Shown: positions 11,991 through 21,941, numbered from the whole stretch's first letter. The stretch is DNA of 63,965 nucleotides, filler included, from an uncultured Myxococcia bacterium (GCA_964617105.1; 9 parts of 9 records of this genome joined end to end with filler, not necessarily neighbours in it), one strand, 5' to 3'. Translations and numbers: made by a program. The notes: generated from the sequence alone by a model not told the origin.

Positions 11991-12681
11991 CTGGTCTACC
12001 CCCCTGTTTTTTTACAATTATAATTGATTTGGCAATAAAATTCATCGTATTATCCGCATTATCTTTATCATCCTTGAAAAACAAACGGACAAATGAACCA
12101 AAAAATGAACGCTGTCCTCCTACCTGCCTGTGACTGTGCACATTTTCAAAATAGCGACGCGATTTTTGCAGGATATCTTTAGAATTAGGATTTTTATTTA
12201 CCTTAATTTTAATTTTGACCGGAGAATCAAATTGGGTGGTACTTTTTAAAATAATTATTTGTCGGGCAATAAAATCTTCAAGTTGCTCCACTCTGTTTAC
12301 CAGCAATCGTTTATGACCCTCTGAAGTTTTAATTTTTAGCAGGAATATCTCGTCCCATAGATCATACCTGATAAAATATAGAGTTTTTTTATTTACCAAT
12401 ACCTGTTTTTTGGTGGTGACCTTAATTTCCACCATAATATTGTTGGTAAGTCCGTTTTTTAATTTACTCCTAAAAGGTGGGTTAAATATTTTTGCAATAG
12501 AAAAGTTGATAGCAATATCCTGGTTGTCCAGAGTTTCTACTTTAACTTCCAGGTTTATGGCAGAGGCCAGGCATATGGGATTAAAAGTGAACAGAACCAC
12601 CAAAACCATTAGGGTCCTTAACCCTCCAAAAATACACCGGAAAGCGAATATGGCCAAATCAGTAACTATCATAAAAACCAA
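11980..12681 (-). CDS. Exported hypothetical protein (DUF4390-like)
   Basis: Signal-like N-terminus, KLKNGL, IRYDLWDEIF and a C-terminal SFFGSFVRLF, resembling the myxobacterial DUF4390 family (from recall). Confidence 0.5.
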   Translation of the reverse strand: MVFMIVTDLAIFAFRCIFGGLRTLMVLVVLFTFNPICLASAINLEVKVETLDNQDIAINFSIAKIFNPPFRSKLKNGLTNNIMVEIKVTTKKQVLVNKKTLYFIRYDLWDEIFLLKIKTSEGHKRLLVNRVEQLEDFIARQIIILKSTTQFDSPVKIKIKVNKNPNSKDILQKSRRYFENVHSHRQVGGQRSFFGSFVRLFFKDDKDNADNTMNFIAKSIIIVKKQGGRPDGN

Positions 12682-12694
12682 AAAAACTGTGGGA

Positions 12695-14071
12695 TCAAAA
12701 AATTGTATCTAATATATAGGAAGTTGAAATCGTAAAAACACCGATATAAGTATCCATCTTTAAACCGATATCAAAAGAAAGCGGTATGGTAAATGGATCA
12801 TTTACCCCCCCGGTGTGGGTTACATCCACCGCTCCATAAGCGTAGCCCTTGTAGAAATATCTTCCTTTCAGCCAAAGCGGCACGGCATATCCCATCCTGC
12901 CAGATATCAAAACATCGTCATACCTTATGGTATCGGTCACTTCGGTAAAATTCAATTCCAGGCTTCGGGGCAATGAATATTTATCCAAAGAAAAAAAGGC
13001 ATAATCTCCCCGAAAAAACTTGTTGAAAAAAGGGCATTTATTTTGAGCCTGGACCAACCCGCCCAGGGCTCTTAGAGTAATAATGTGATTGTGACTGACC
13101 GTATAATATTTTTCAAAGGAAGCAAAATACTTGCTAAAATCGTAGTCACTGGCCACCAGTTTGGTGCCCAACTCTATAGAGAGGTTTAGTCGAGAACCGG
13201 AGGATGGTAAAAATTGGCCATTGCGGCTATCACGTTGATAAGTAAAAGTAATAGTTGATAAATAACTTTTACCCGGATAAATATCGTTGGGCAAAACACT
13301 CCCAGAGGTTCGCTTTTTTTTAATATGTGATTCCAGTCCTTCAAGGCGATAATCAGTATAGAAGCGATGGAATCCCCCCGCCCTGAAACCTAGTGATAAC
13401 AATCCGCCCAATCTCCTATACTCCAGCCTCTCCACTTCTGCCAATGAGATATCTTCAAAAGCCAACTCCACCGCATTATTGTATACCAAACCTAGCCCAA
13501 AAATCAGGTTATTACTGGTAAATTCGGGATCCATAAATTGCAACCTGTATCCCTGTTGACTTTTACCAAAAACCATAGACGCAGACAGATAAAGCCCCTT
13601 ACTTAAAAAGTTAGTGGTGGCCAGACCGCCGCCTCCAAAAAGATCCCGTCGCCGATTGAGCCCTAAAAAGAGATCGTTTACAATAATATCTCCCCTCTCC
13701 TCAACCTGGAAAACCAAAATCACTTTCCCCTTTTCCGAACCCTTTTTCAGAGAGGTGTTAACCGACTTGAACAACCCGGTGTTGAGTAATTTCAGGCGTG
13801 AAATAATCACCTTCTCCTCATTTAGCAACTCCCCCATCCGCACGTCCAATTTTCTGCGGATAAACTCATCTTCAGTGTTATGATTGCCCTTAATATCGAT
13901 ACGCTCCAGGATATATGGCAATATTTGATTAAATCGTTGATCATCCTGCTCCGCTTCTTTAACAGACTGGGTGGTAGTTAGATTCAATTGCTGAGCCATC
14001 GTCTGGGTAATAAATAGCGTAAGTAACAGAAAGACCAAAACAAAATATCTGATTAAATGATTTTCATGCAT
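12695..14071 (-). CDS. Omp85/BamA-TamA family outer-membrane protein with a single POTRA domain
   Basis: IDIKGNHNTEDEFIRR...LLNTGLFKSV...VFQVEERG (POTRA), NFLSKG, DSRNGQFLPSSG, followed by a beta-strand pattern. Confidence 0.8.
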   Translation of the reverse strand: MHENHLIRYFVLVFLLLTLFITQTMAQQLNLTTTQSVKEAEQDDQRFNQILPYILERIDIKGNHNTEDEFIRRKLDVRMGELLNEEKVIISRLKLLNTGLFKSVNTSLKKGSEKGKVILVFQVEERGDIIVNDLFLGLNRRRDLFGGGGLATTNFLSKGLYLSASMVFGKSQQGYRLQFMDPEFTSNNLIFGLGLVYNNAVELAFEDISLAEVERLEYRRLGGLLSLGFRAGGFHRFYTDYRLEGLESHIKKKRTSGSVLPNDIYPGKSYLSTITFTYQRDSRNGQFLPSSGSRLNLSIELGTKLVASDYDFSKYFASFEKYYTVSHNHIITLRALGGLVQAQNKCPFFNKFFRGDYAFFSLDKYSLPRSLELNFTEVTDTIRYDDVLISGRMGYAVPLWLKGRYFYKGYAYGAVDVTHTGGVNDPFTIPLSFDIGLKMDTYIGVFTISTSYILDTIF

Positions 14072-14089
14072 ATCGAGGTACCGATCCTA

Positions 14090-14931
14090 TTACGGAGTAT
14101 TTGCTTTCAGGGAAACCGGTAATGGCAGTTGACAAGATTCGATTTTACCGACTGGATTCTTGTATTTAGCAGAGATCAATATATCGGCATTCTGAGCGCC
14201 GCCTGTAGTATCTTCAAAACAAAAATCAATACTGTAAACCTGATTAAAGAGGGCGTCCTTAACATTGAACCTGGTGCTACCGTTAGCAAACCTCACAGCA
14301 GAACCCGTGGCGCCAACGGTTATTTCTGTATCGTCAATAAGGGGGCCGAAATTCTTGTCACCAAACCAGTATAAAAGAGTTTCCCAATGGTTATCTTTAC
14401 ACCTGTTGTCCAGAGGCATCTGTGGCTCACCCTTGATATAGACATGGGAATGATAAAAATGGGTATCACAGACACCACTCCAGCGCATACGGTTAGATAC
14501 CCAGATTACGCTGCTATTATCCCATTTGCCATTACCGTTATCCCATTCTCCATTAGAGTTGGAGTCGATATAAAATTCGTTTAAGCGGGTGTCGGTGGAG
14601 GTATCACAAATGGCGTTGTTATTTTTGTCCACAAAGGGTTCTGGTAAATCGACAAAACATTCTCCATCCCATATACCGTTTCCGTTGGTGTCATTGGCCG
14701 CTGGGTCGAAAACATCACCAGCCTCTGGTGCATAACAACCATCATTGTTTTTATCGATGGTCAGCGGTTCATTTTTATAATTTTCGTAATAATTGTTTTT
14801 TGCATCCCCGTACTCAGTAAAAATCTCTTCTCCGTCAGTAACCGCTATCACCGTTACTAGGCCGTCACCACCGGCAAATTGGAGAGGTTCTTTGCACTCT
14901 TTTTTGTAAATATCTTTTATTTGGTTGCCAC
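14090..14931 (-). CDS. Secreted Ig-like/calcium-binding repeat protein, C-terminal part (5' cut by gap)
   Basis: Frame open to the contig end. DGLVTVIAVTDGEE, DTNGNGIWDGECFVDLPEPFVDKNNN, DSNSNGEWDNGNGKWD. Confidence 0.6.
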
Positions 14932-15083
14932 NNNNNNNNNNNNNNNNNNNNNNNNNNNNNNNNNNNNNNNNNNNNTTAATTAATTAANNNNNNNNNNNNN
15001 NNNNNNNNNNNNNNNNNNNNNNNNNNNNNNNAGCGGTTCTGGCCATATTTTTGGAGGTGCAGGATGGGCAAAGGCTTTTGGCT

Positions 15084-15665
15084 TTAGTCTGCCCCTTTAA
15101 AATAGGGGGCCAGCGGAGAGATCAGGTGTAATTGAATCGGCCATTGACGCAATTGTGAGGGACGTGTCCCCTGGTTATCTACTTCTTTACCTTCATCCTG
15201 TGATGATTTATTGGCAGAGAAATCGATCATCCTGGCTCCCGGGCAACCCGCATGACCATGGCCGTGACTATGCTTTGATCCACTATCTTTGGCAATGGTA
15301 TCCTGACCAAAATTATCAGGAACTTCGATTTGGTTATCCTGCAAATATTGGGTAGCCTCCTGCAAAAAATCCTGCTGATCATGTTCCTGCAAATGCTGTA
15401 AATGAGCCTTCATTACATTGACACCCCCTTTGACCACGTTTTTCATCACTTTTCTCTCATCGTACGGCTCTGCCTCTCTCTCTTCAATGGTAATGGCGCC
15501 CTCAGGACAGTGACCCAGACAGGCACCCAGACCATCACAAAAAAGATCGCTTATCAACCGGGCTTTGCCATCAATAATCTGAATGGCTCCTTCTGGACAA
15601 TTGGGGATACACTCTTCACAGCCGGTGCAGGCATCTTCATCAATAGTAATTATTTTTCGTTTCAT
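15084..15665 (-). pseudogene. 4Fe-4S ferredoxin-domain protein (iron-sulfur oxidoreductase family), apparently 3'-truncated
   Basis: RBS AAGGAG then MKRKIITIDEDACTGCEECIPNCPEGAI...CDGLGACLGHCP...SQLRQWPIQLHLISPLAPYFKGAD*. It stops where homologs normally continue into a Cys-containing domain. Confidence 0.65.
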
Positions 15666-15826
15666 ACGATCTCCTTTTGATGTAAAAATCGTTATAGGCA
15701 TTCTGGTACCAATACAGCCATTGGCGGAGTTTTTGTCAAGAGAATTGCCATACGAGCATTTCGAAATGTTCTTTTTTGCTTGCCATTTACTATGGTATGA
15801 TGTAACGTAGTACTAGAGGTGAAATT

Positions 15827-16069
15827 ATGAGCAGAGCGAAAATTGCTATCACAATTGACCAGGGTTTATTGCATCGCTTAGATTTCCTGGTCAAGTCACA
15901 AATATTTGCAAATCGTAGCAGAGCCATTCAAGAAGCCATTACCGAAAAATTGGACAGGATTGAAATGAGCCGATTGGCTAATGAGTGCAAAAAATTAGAC
16001 CCAAAATTTGAACAAAAATTAGCGGAAGAAGGTTTTTGTGCTGAGGACGATGAATGGCCAAATTACTAA
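15827..16069 (+). CDS. CopG/ribbon-helix-helix antitoxin (MazE/EndoAI-like)
   Basis: KIAITID...NRSRAIQEAI RHH pattern; overlaps the downstream toxin. Confidence 0.85.
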   Translation: MSRAKIAITIDQGLLHRLDFLVKSQIFANRSRAIQEAITEKLDRIEMSRLANECKKLDPKFEQKLAEEGFCAEDDEWPNY

Positions 16070-16401
16070 GGATATTAAGAGGTGATATATTTTGGGCTGA
16101 TCTGAGTCCAACCATTGGACATGAACAGGCCGGTAATCGACCGGTTTTGATTTTAAGTCATGAGGTTTTCAACAAGCGATCAGGGACAGTGATTGCCACT
16201 GCCATTACAAGCCAACCCCAAAGAGCCGGATTTCCTTTAACTCTTGAATTGCAACAATCAAATCTTCCTAAACGCTCATGGGTTAAAATCAGTCAAATTC
16301 GCACGTTATCGATAAAACGCCTTAGAAATAAACTTGGAATAGCAAAACCAGAAGAGATAAATCTAATCGTAGAAGGATTGAACGAAATTATTGGAAAATA
16401 A
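16054..16401 (+). CDS. mazF: PemK/MazF family endoribonuclease toxin
   Basis: RGDIFWADLSPTIGHEQAGNRPVLILS, QIRTLSIKRL. Confidence 0.92.
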   Translation: MAKLLRILRGDIFWADLSPTIGHEQAGNRPVLILSHEVFNKRSGTVIATAITSQPQRAGFPLTLELQQSNLPKRSWVKISQIRTLSIKRLRNKLGIAKPEEINLIVEGLNEIIGK

Positions 16402-16465
16402 ACCCTCAATCCCGTTTTCGAATTTGATACAGTGGAATTTCGGATAGTCAGGATAGCAAATATCC

Positions 16466-17131
16466 ATGCAAATCTCTCTAAACAAGATAACCATCGAGAT
16501 AAATGGTCAACCGATCCTAAGAGAGTTTTCCCTGCAGGTTAATAGTGGTGAGCATCTGGTGCTGACCGGGAAATCAGGAGTTGGTAAATCTACTGTTTTA
16601 CGGGCGATTTTGGGATTTATCATTCCGGTTGAGGGAAGCATAACCCTGTATGGAATTAAACTTGACGGTGATACAATCTGGCAAATCAGGAAAAAAATCG
16701 CCTATGTGCCCCAGGAAGCAGATTTGGGAGAAGGTAAGGTTAATGAGGCCATCTATTTTCCCTTTTCCCTGAAAGCCAATCAAAAAAATAAACCCACCGC
16801 TGACAGAGTTAACTCCCTGCTCGATACATTTGATCTATCGCCAAATCTTTTGGGTAAGAATCTCTCCTCCCTCTCATCTGGAGAAAGACAGCGCCTGGCA
16901 ATAATTGTGGCTATTTTACAAAATCGCCCCCTGTTTTTATTGGATGAGATCACCTCTCATCTTGACAGGGAAAATAAATTACGGGTTTCACGCTACTTTG
17001 AACAATCCAATGATAGGACAATTATCAGTGTCAGCCACGATCCTTTCCAAATGGAGATGGCGGATAGGATTGTTCACATCGAAAAATCCCACCAGGTTCC
17101 GACTACAACTCTTATGGGAGAGATAAAATGA
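16466..17131 (+). CDS. ABC transporter ATP-binding protein (FetA/YbbL-like)
   Basis: Walker A GKSGVGKST, signature LSSGERQR, Walker B LLDE, H-loop; coupled to a UPF0014 permease. Confidence 0.88.
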   Translation: MQISLNKITIEINGQPILREFSLQVNSGEHLVLTGKSGVGKSTVLRAILGFIIPVEGSITLYGIKLDGDTIWQIRKKIAYVPQEADLGEGKVNEAIYFPFSLKANQKNKPTADRVNSLLDTFDLSPNLLGKNLSSLSSGERQRLAIIVAILQNRPLFLLDEITSHLDRENKLRVSRYFEQSNDRTIISVSHDPFQMEMADRIVHIEKSHQVPTTTLMGEIK

Positions 17132-17922
17132 CCGCGGCAGTAATAGAGATCTCCATCTATAATTTGGCATTGGGTTATCTACTGCTTTTAATCCCTATTG
17201 GCCTGGCTATCTATTTGGGGATAAACATCTTAGCAACAACTATTATCTCTGTTTTGCGAATGACTTTTCAATTGCTTTTTGTGGGATTTTATCTGCATAT
17301 TGTCTTTGAACGAAATTTGTGGTGGCTTAATCTTCTCTGGCTATTATTAATGCTTATTGTCGCCGATTTGACGGTAATAAAAGGAACAAAACTGGCACTG
17401 AAAAAATTTATATTGCCACTTTTTCCGGCCATCTTAGTGGGAACCAGCCTGCCGCTTCTCTATTTTACCGGCATAATACTCAGGTTGCCAAATCTTTTGG
17501 AAGCGCAATATTTCATCCCCATCGGCGGTATGATCATGGGTAACTGCCTGAGAGCCGATATTATCGGCATCAGCAACTTCTATCAGAGTATCAGAAAAAA
17601 TGAGAAGAATTATCTCTATAATTTAGCCCTGGGAGCCACCCTCTGGGAGAGTGTCACCCCCTATCTGCGGCAGGCATACTACCAATCTTTGGCCCCAACT
17701 ATAGCTACTCTGGCCACCATAGGCCTCGTTTCCCTGCCCGGGATGATGACCGGTATCATTATGGCCGGTGCCAATCCCATGACTGCCATCAAATATCAGA
17801 TCGCTATTATGCTGGCTATTTTTGTAAGTACTGCCATAACCGTATTTATCACTCTGCTCCTGACTATCAAAGCCAACTTTAATCAATATGGGATTATGGA
17901 CGAACAGGTTTTCAGGGATTAG
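17128..17922 (+). CDS. ABC transporter permease (FetB/YbbM, UPF0014)
   Basis: RMTFQLLFVG, YFIPIGGMIMGN, LALGAT, GLVSLPGMMTG, AIKYQIAIM. Confidence 0.9.
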   Translation: MTAAVIEISIYNLALGYLLLLIPIGLAIYLGINILATTIISVLRMTFQLLFVGFYLHIVFERNLWWLNLLWLLLMLIVADLTVIKGTKLALKKFILPLFPAILVGTSLPLLYFTGIILRLPNLLEAQYFIPIGGMIMGNCLRADIIGISNFYQSIRKNEKNYLYNLALGATLWESVTPYLRQAYYQSLAPTIATLATIGLVSLPGMMTGIIMAGANPMTAIKYQIAIMLAIFVSTAITVFITLLLTIKANFNQYGIMDEQVFRD

Positions 17923-18030
17923 TCAAGTGAGATTGCTATGAATCATTTTTTGGGTCTTTTACTGGGTAGATTATTCACAATAGAATTTGATAAAATATTC
18001 GAACTATGGGATATTAACAATAGATAAATA

Positions 18031-18092
18031 GCGCCCCTGGCAGTAAGTGCTTTATACCATTGCTTAAAGTGCCGAACCCTGGGGCTTTTTTT
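18031..18092 (+). ncRNA. Candidate structured leader/sRNA hairpin ending in a U7 tract
   Basis: Nested stems GCCCC/GGGGC, TGGCA/TGCCG and TAAGTG/TGCTTA with bulges and an 11-nt loop, followed by TTTTTTT. Confidence 0.35.
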
Positions 18093-18099
18093 CAGGGAG

Positions 18100-18238
18100 A
18101 CAAACTTTGGTCGGGACGATTGAGTAAAACCGCAGGCGCAGCAAATTGCTGCGTTGAGGATTTTGCGATTGAGGAACGGCCGAAGATGGCCCGAAAATGG
18201 GATGCGAAAATGTGAAGTTATTTTTGTGTGAGCCCTAA
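18100..18238. mobile_element. MITE-like remnant (one terminal repeat plus central palindrome)
   Basis: Central palindrome CGCAGCAA-A-TTGCTGCG (18137-18153) in a GC-richer imperfect hairpin. The end AAAATGTGAAGTTATTTTTGTGTGAGCCCTA resembles terminal repeats of miniature elements I recall from Desulfobacterota genomes (unverified). Confidence 0.45.
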
Positions 18239-18263
18239 GTATGTTAACAAAAAGTAATAACAG

Positions 18264-19388
18264 GTGCAGGATATGAATCCATATATTCCCGACAAATTAC
18301 CAATAACCAATTTGGATTACCAATTTCTTTTAGGTTTAGTAGGAAATGCCAATGCCGAACTTGCCCGTTATGATGGTTTGTTACAGGGAATTCCTAACCC
18401 GGCTGTCATGTTGTCACCGTTAACTACACAAGAGGCAGTATTATCTTCAAAAATTGAAGGTACCCAAGCAACAGTTGATGAGGTATTGGAACATGAAGCG
18501 GGGATGGTTAAAGAGGGGGAAAAATTTAAAGATATCCAGGAAATATCCAATTATCGCCAAGCGCTTATTCTCGCCTCGGAGCATTTGCGTGATTATCCGA
18601 TTCGTCTAGGTTTTATCCGTGAATTACATAAAATTCTACTTAACTCTGTTCGTGGACAGAACAAAACTCCAGGTGAATTCAGAAATGACCAAAACTGGAT
18701 TGGTTCAAAAGGATGCGCTATTGAAGAGGCATTATTTATTCCTCCAGACCCTGTTTGTATGCCCGATTTTCTTAGAGACTGGGAAAACTATATCGAATCT
18801 GATGACATTGATTTTTTATTGCAAACAGCAATAGTACATGCTCAGTTTGAACTTATCCATCCATTTAAAGATGGTAACGGTCGTATTGGACGTATTTTGA
18901 TCCCACTGTTTTTATTTTTCAAGGAAAAACTATCACAACCAATGTTTTACCTTAGTGAATATCTGGAAGCGAATCGTGATGAATATTATCTACGGTTAAG
19001 GAAAATATCCGAAGAACAGGACTGGGATGGCTGGATTACTTTTTTTCTACAAGCAATAATTGTTCAAGCAAAAGAAAATTGCAAACGGGTGAAAGCCATA
19101 ATGTCTTTGTATGACAATATGAAAAGTGAGATAGGCAAGATAACCCATTCACAGTATTCTGTCTATCTACTTGATGTGATTTTCAATAAACCTGTTTTCA
19201 AAACATCAGATTGTGCAAGTTTAATGAAGAAAGAGTATAATATTCACAACCAAACAACTTCGGGACTATTGCGTCAACTTAAAAAGGCCGGAATTTTAAA
19301 AGAGATTCAAGGTAGTAGTGGTCGAAGAGCAGCCATTCTTTGTTTTCCTAAATTAATAAATTTGGCAGAAGGGCGGAAAGTTTTGTAA
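18264..19388 (+). CDS. Fic family protein (class II, N-terminal inhibitory motif, C-terminal HTH-like region)
   Basis: Catalytic HPFKDGNGRIGR, inhibitory SSKIEG, C-terminal LLRQLKKAGILKEI wHTH-like segment. Confidence 0.93.
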   Translation: MQDMNPYIPDKLPITNLDYQFLLGLVGNANAELARYDGLLQGIPNPAVMLSPLTTQEAVLSSKIEGTQATVDEVLEHEAGMVKEGEKFKDIQEISNYRQALILASEHLRDYPIRLGFIRELHKILLNSVRGQNKTPGEFRNDQNWIGSKGCAIEEALFIPPDPVCMPDFLRDWENYIESDDIDFLLQTAIVHAQFELIHPFKDGNGRIGRILIPLFLFFKEKLSQPMFYLSEYLEANRDEYYLRLRKISEEQDWDGWITFFLQAIIVQAKENCKRVKAIMSLYDNMKSEIGKITHSQYSVYLLDVIFNKPVFKTSDCASLMKKEYNIHNQTTSGLLRQLKKAGILKEIQGSSGRRAAILCFPKLINLAEGRKVL

Positions 19389-19392
19389 AAAT

Positions 19393-19489
19393 TTTGTTGA
19401 GTCTGTATGTGCAACAAAGCACTTTGTTGAGCCCATATTGCACATTGCGCTCAGCAAGGTGCTTTGTTTAGTCTTTAGGCTCAACAAAG
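19393..19489. repeat. Array of three tandem imperfect palindromes with half-site consensus CTTTGTTGAGC
   Basis: Half-sites TTTGTTGAG 19393, CAACAAAG 19412, CTTTGTTGAGC 19422, GCTCAGCAAGG 19449, CTTTGTTTAG 19462 and GGCTCAACAAAG 19478. Confidence 0.8.
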
Positions 19490-19518
19490 GTTAGATGTTG
19501 ATGACTTTGATTGAAATT

Positions 19519-19780
19519 TTACGATTTGCACTGCATTGAAGATTTTAGACAAGATCGCAGGTTTCTTTCGCTGATACTGCAATGATGACCATTTTTACCA
19601 CCAGTCTCAATTGCAATAACAACCTCCTCCGGCAGCAAAAGAAGTTTCATAATCTGAGTCACCCGGGCCCGGGTTAAGCCGCGGGTTCTAGCTATCTCAG
19701 CCTGGCTGGCAACCTGGCCGGTATCCAGGAGCATTTTGAATTCTCTGGCCAGGCGGAGGTGCTCGACAATTTTTGACGGC
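19519..19780 (-). pseudogene. Small HTH protein/fragment of the type associated with serine-recombinase elements
   Basis: KIVEHLRLAREFKMLLDTGQVASQAEIARTRGLTRARVTQIMKLLLLP. The frame is open upstream of the annotated start without a clear start codon. Confidence 0.55.
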
Positions 19781-20037
19781 CTATTTGCTCTATGCGGCGA
19801 GGTCGGTTTGACTTTTTTGGCTTTCTTGGTAGAATTGCATGTGGCAGAACCAGTTTTTTTTCACCGGTTTGAGTCGTGACTTAAGCTTGAATGGTATCCT
19901 ATTCTAATTCCATGGCAGGCTTCATTTGGATAAGCCTTAATGGTGCAGCGATTTTCTACTAAATATCTATGAATGGGCATCAAGGAGGGATGGTCCATTT
20001 ACAAGACCTTAACGTCTACAAAAAAGTGGTTACGTGA

Positions 20038-20517
20038 TATGAAGGGCGAAAATTATTAGATGGAGTAAGCAATGAAGATCAGGAAGATCAGGAAGATCAG
20101 GAAGATTTTCTTAATAGAGAGTTCTCTTCTGAAGATTATTATTCGATTTTAACCAAAGTAATTCAAGACGAAGAAGATAAAAAAGTAGATATCTATGCAA
20201 AAATACTCCAAGCAATTATCCTAAAGAAAATTCCAAAAGAATCAAAACCATTCTTTATTAAAGTCGTACGAGAATTAAAACTCAGTGATTTTGAATTGAT
20301 GAGAAAATTATACGTGGTTGAAAAACAAGACCAACCACGAAATAAAATTAGAGACGTAACGAAACCAGAAAATCCCATCGAGATGTTTTCAATTCAAACA
20401 TTAATTCGTTATGGTCTTTTAAGAGATTCAGAAGGAACTATGCCACCATGGCCTACAGACTTATTAAAGCAATTGCTCGAAATTCTTTACAATAAAAATG
20501 AACTTAAAAATATTTAA
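20038..20517 (+). pseudogene. 5'-truncated AT-rich hypothetical ORF
   Basis: Frame open from 20038 (after TGA 20035-20037): YEGRKLLDGVSNEDQEDQEDQEDFLNREF...YYSILTKVIQDEEDKKVDIYAK. Contains GAAGATCAG x3 at 20074-20100. Confidence 0.5.
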
Positions 20518-20602
20518 TTTAAGGGTAAATGCCCGCTATTTCCTACAGGTCACATACGTAAAGCTGACTATTGCTACAATAGTTCTGGTCATAATATAAG
20601 GA

Positions 20603-21691
20603 ATGACCTTGAAAAAGGATACAAACAAAAGAATACAGAAGTCCGGAAAAAAGGAAAAAAAAGCGACATCCCTTGTCCGTTCCTCGGCTGCTGAATACCT
20701 GACCTTTGTCGCAGCAGGGGGAAGTTCTGAAACCAGTGTGGAAATGCGCTATGAAGATGAGAACATCTGGCTTACACAGAAGATGATGGCAACACTCTAT
20801 GATGTTTCGATTCCCGCCATCAACCAGCATTTGAAGCGTATTTTTGCCGATAACGAGTTGGAGGAAAACTCAGTTATTAAGAAATACTTAATAACTGCCG
20901 CTGACGGTAAAAACTACAATACAAAACACTACAATCTACAGGCAATCATCGCCGTTGGTTTCAAAATAGAAAACGAGCGGGCCGTGCAGTTCCGCAAGTG
21001 GGCTAATCAAATTGTGAAGGACTACACGATACAGGGTTGGACGATGGATGTGGATCGACTCAAACACGGCGGGAACCTGACGGATGAATTCTTTGAACGA
21101 CAACTTGAAAAAATCCGAGAAATCCGGCTTTCCGAGCGCAAGTTCTACCAGAAAATTACAGATATCTATGCCACCGCTCTGGATTACGATCCATCCGCCA
21201 CGGTCACAAAACGTTTTTTTTCCGCTGTTCAAAATAAGATGCACTATGCCATTCATGGTAATACGGCGGCGGAAGTCATTGTAGATCGCGCGGATCACAA
21301 GAGAGAAAACATGGGTCTGACCAGCTGGGAAGGAGCGCCAAAAGGAAAAATTCACAAATACGATGTTTCAATTGCCAAGAACTATCTCTCCGAGTTTGAG
21401 TTGGGACAGATGCAGCGAATTGTTTCAGCCTATCTTGATATGGCGGAAATGCAGGCCATGCGTAAGATTCCCATGACCATGGCGGACTGGGAAGAGCGGT
21501 TGAGCGGATTTCTGAAACTCTGGGACAGGGAAATTCTTCAGGATGCAGGCAAGGTGACTGCAGAGCTGGCCAGGGCTCATGCTGAGAGTGAGTTCGAGAA
21601 ATATCGCATTGTTCAGGACCGTTTATTTGAGAGTGACTTTGACCGAATGTTGAAACAACTGGAACAAGGTGAAGAAAAGGAGGAAGTGTGA
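20603..21691 (+). CDS. Virulence RhuM family protein
   Basis: RSSAAEYLTFV, IWLTQKMMATLYDV, HYNLQAIIAVG, FRKWA, IREIRLSERKFYQKITDIYAT, SDFD. Confidence 0.93.
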   Translation: MTLKKDTNKRIQKSGKKEKKATSLVRSSAAEYLTFVAAGGSSETSVEMRYEDENIWLTQKMMATLYDVSIPAINQHLKRIFADNELEENSVIKKYLITAADGKNYNTKHYNLQAIIAVGFKIENERAVQFRKWANQIVKDYTIQGWTMDVDRLKHGGNLTDEFFERQLEKIREIRLSERKFYQKITDIYATALDYDPSATVTKRFFSAVQNKMHYAIHGNTAAEVIVDRADHKRENMGLTSWEGAPKGKIHKYDVSIAKNYLSEFELGQMQRIVSAYLDMAEMQAMRKIPMTMADWEERLSGFLKLWDREILQDAGKVTAELARAHAESEFEKYRIVQDRLFESDFDRMLKQLEQGEEKEEV

Positions 21692-21941
21692 TACCAGTGA
21701 ATATTAACTCAATTTATCAATTTGTTATACCTGTTAACCAAGAAATTACATTCAGCTTCCACACCGACCTCAACTTTACCCAGAATTTCTCAGAGTACAT
21801 CCCAACCCATGATAATCACAGAATTATCTCACAATCTGCAAGTTCCCGCCAACCCTCACCCGCCCAAAAACCGGTTTGAGCGGAGGCGTGCAGCGGGGAG
21901 CCAATAAAAAAAGGGCAGGGTAACGCCTCCCAATTGGTTTA

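Noticed and set aside
19393..19489. Mini CRISPR array
   Set aside because: The units are alternating inverted half-sites with 4-16 nt spacers, not direct repeats with ~30-40 nt spacers. No cas genes are present.
20074..20106. GAAGATCAG tandem repeat as a contingency locus
   Set aside because: An in-frame 9-mer inside a truncated ORF, so it has no phase-variation effect.
21882..21933. tRNA-Sec-like 8-bp acceptor stem, or c-di-AMP riboswitch-like GCGGGGAGCCA
   Set aside because: The interior is only ~33 nt with no T-loop or anticodon arm, and the riboswitch 3' conserved elements are absent.
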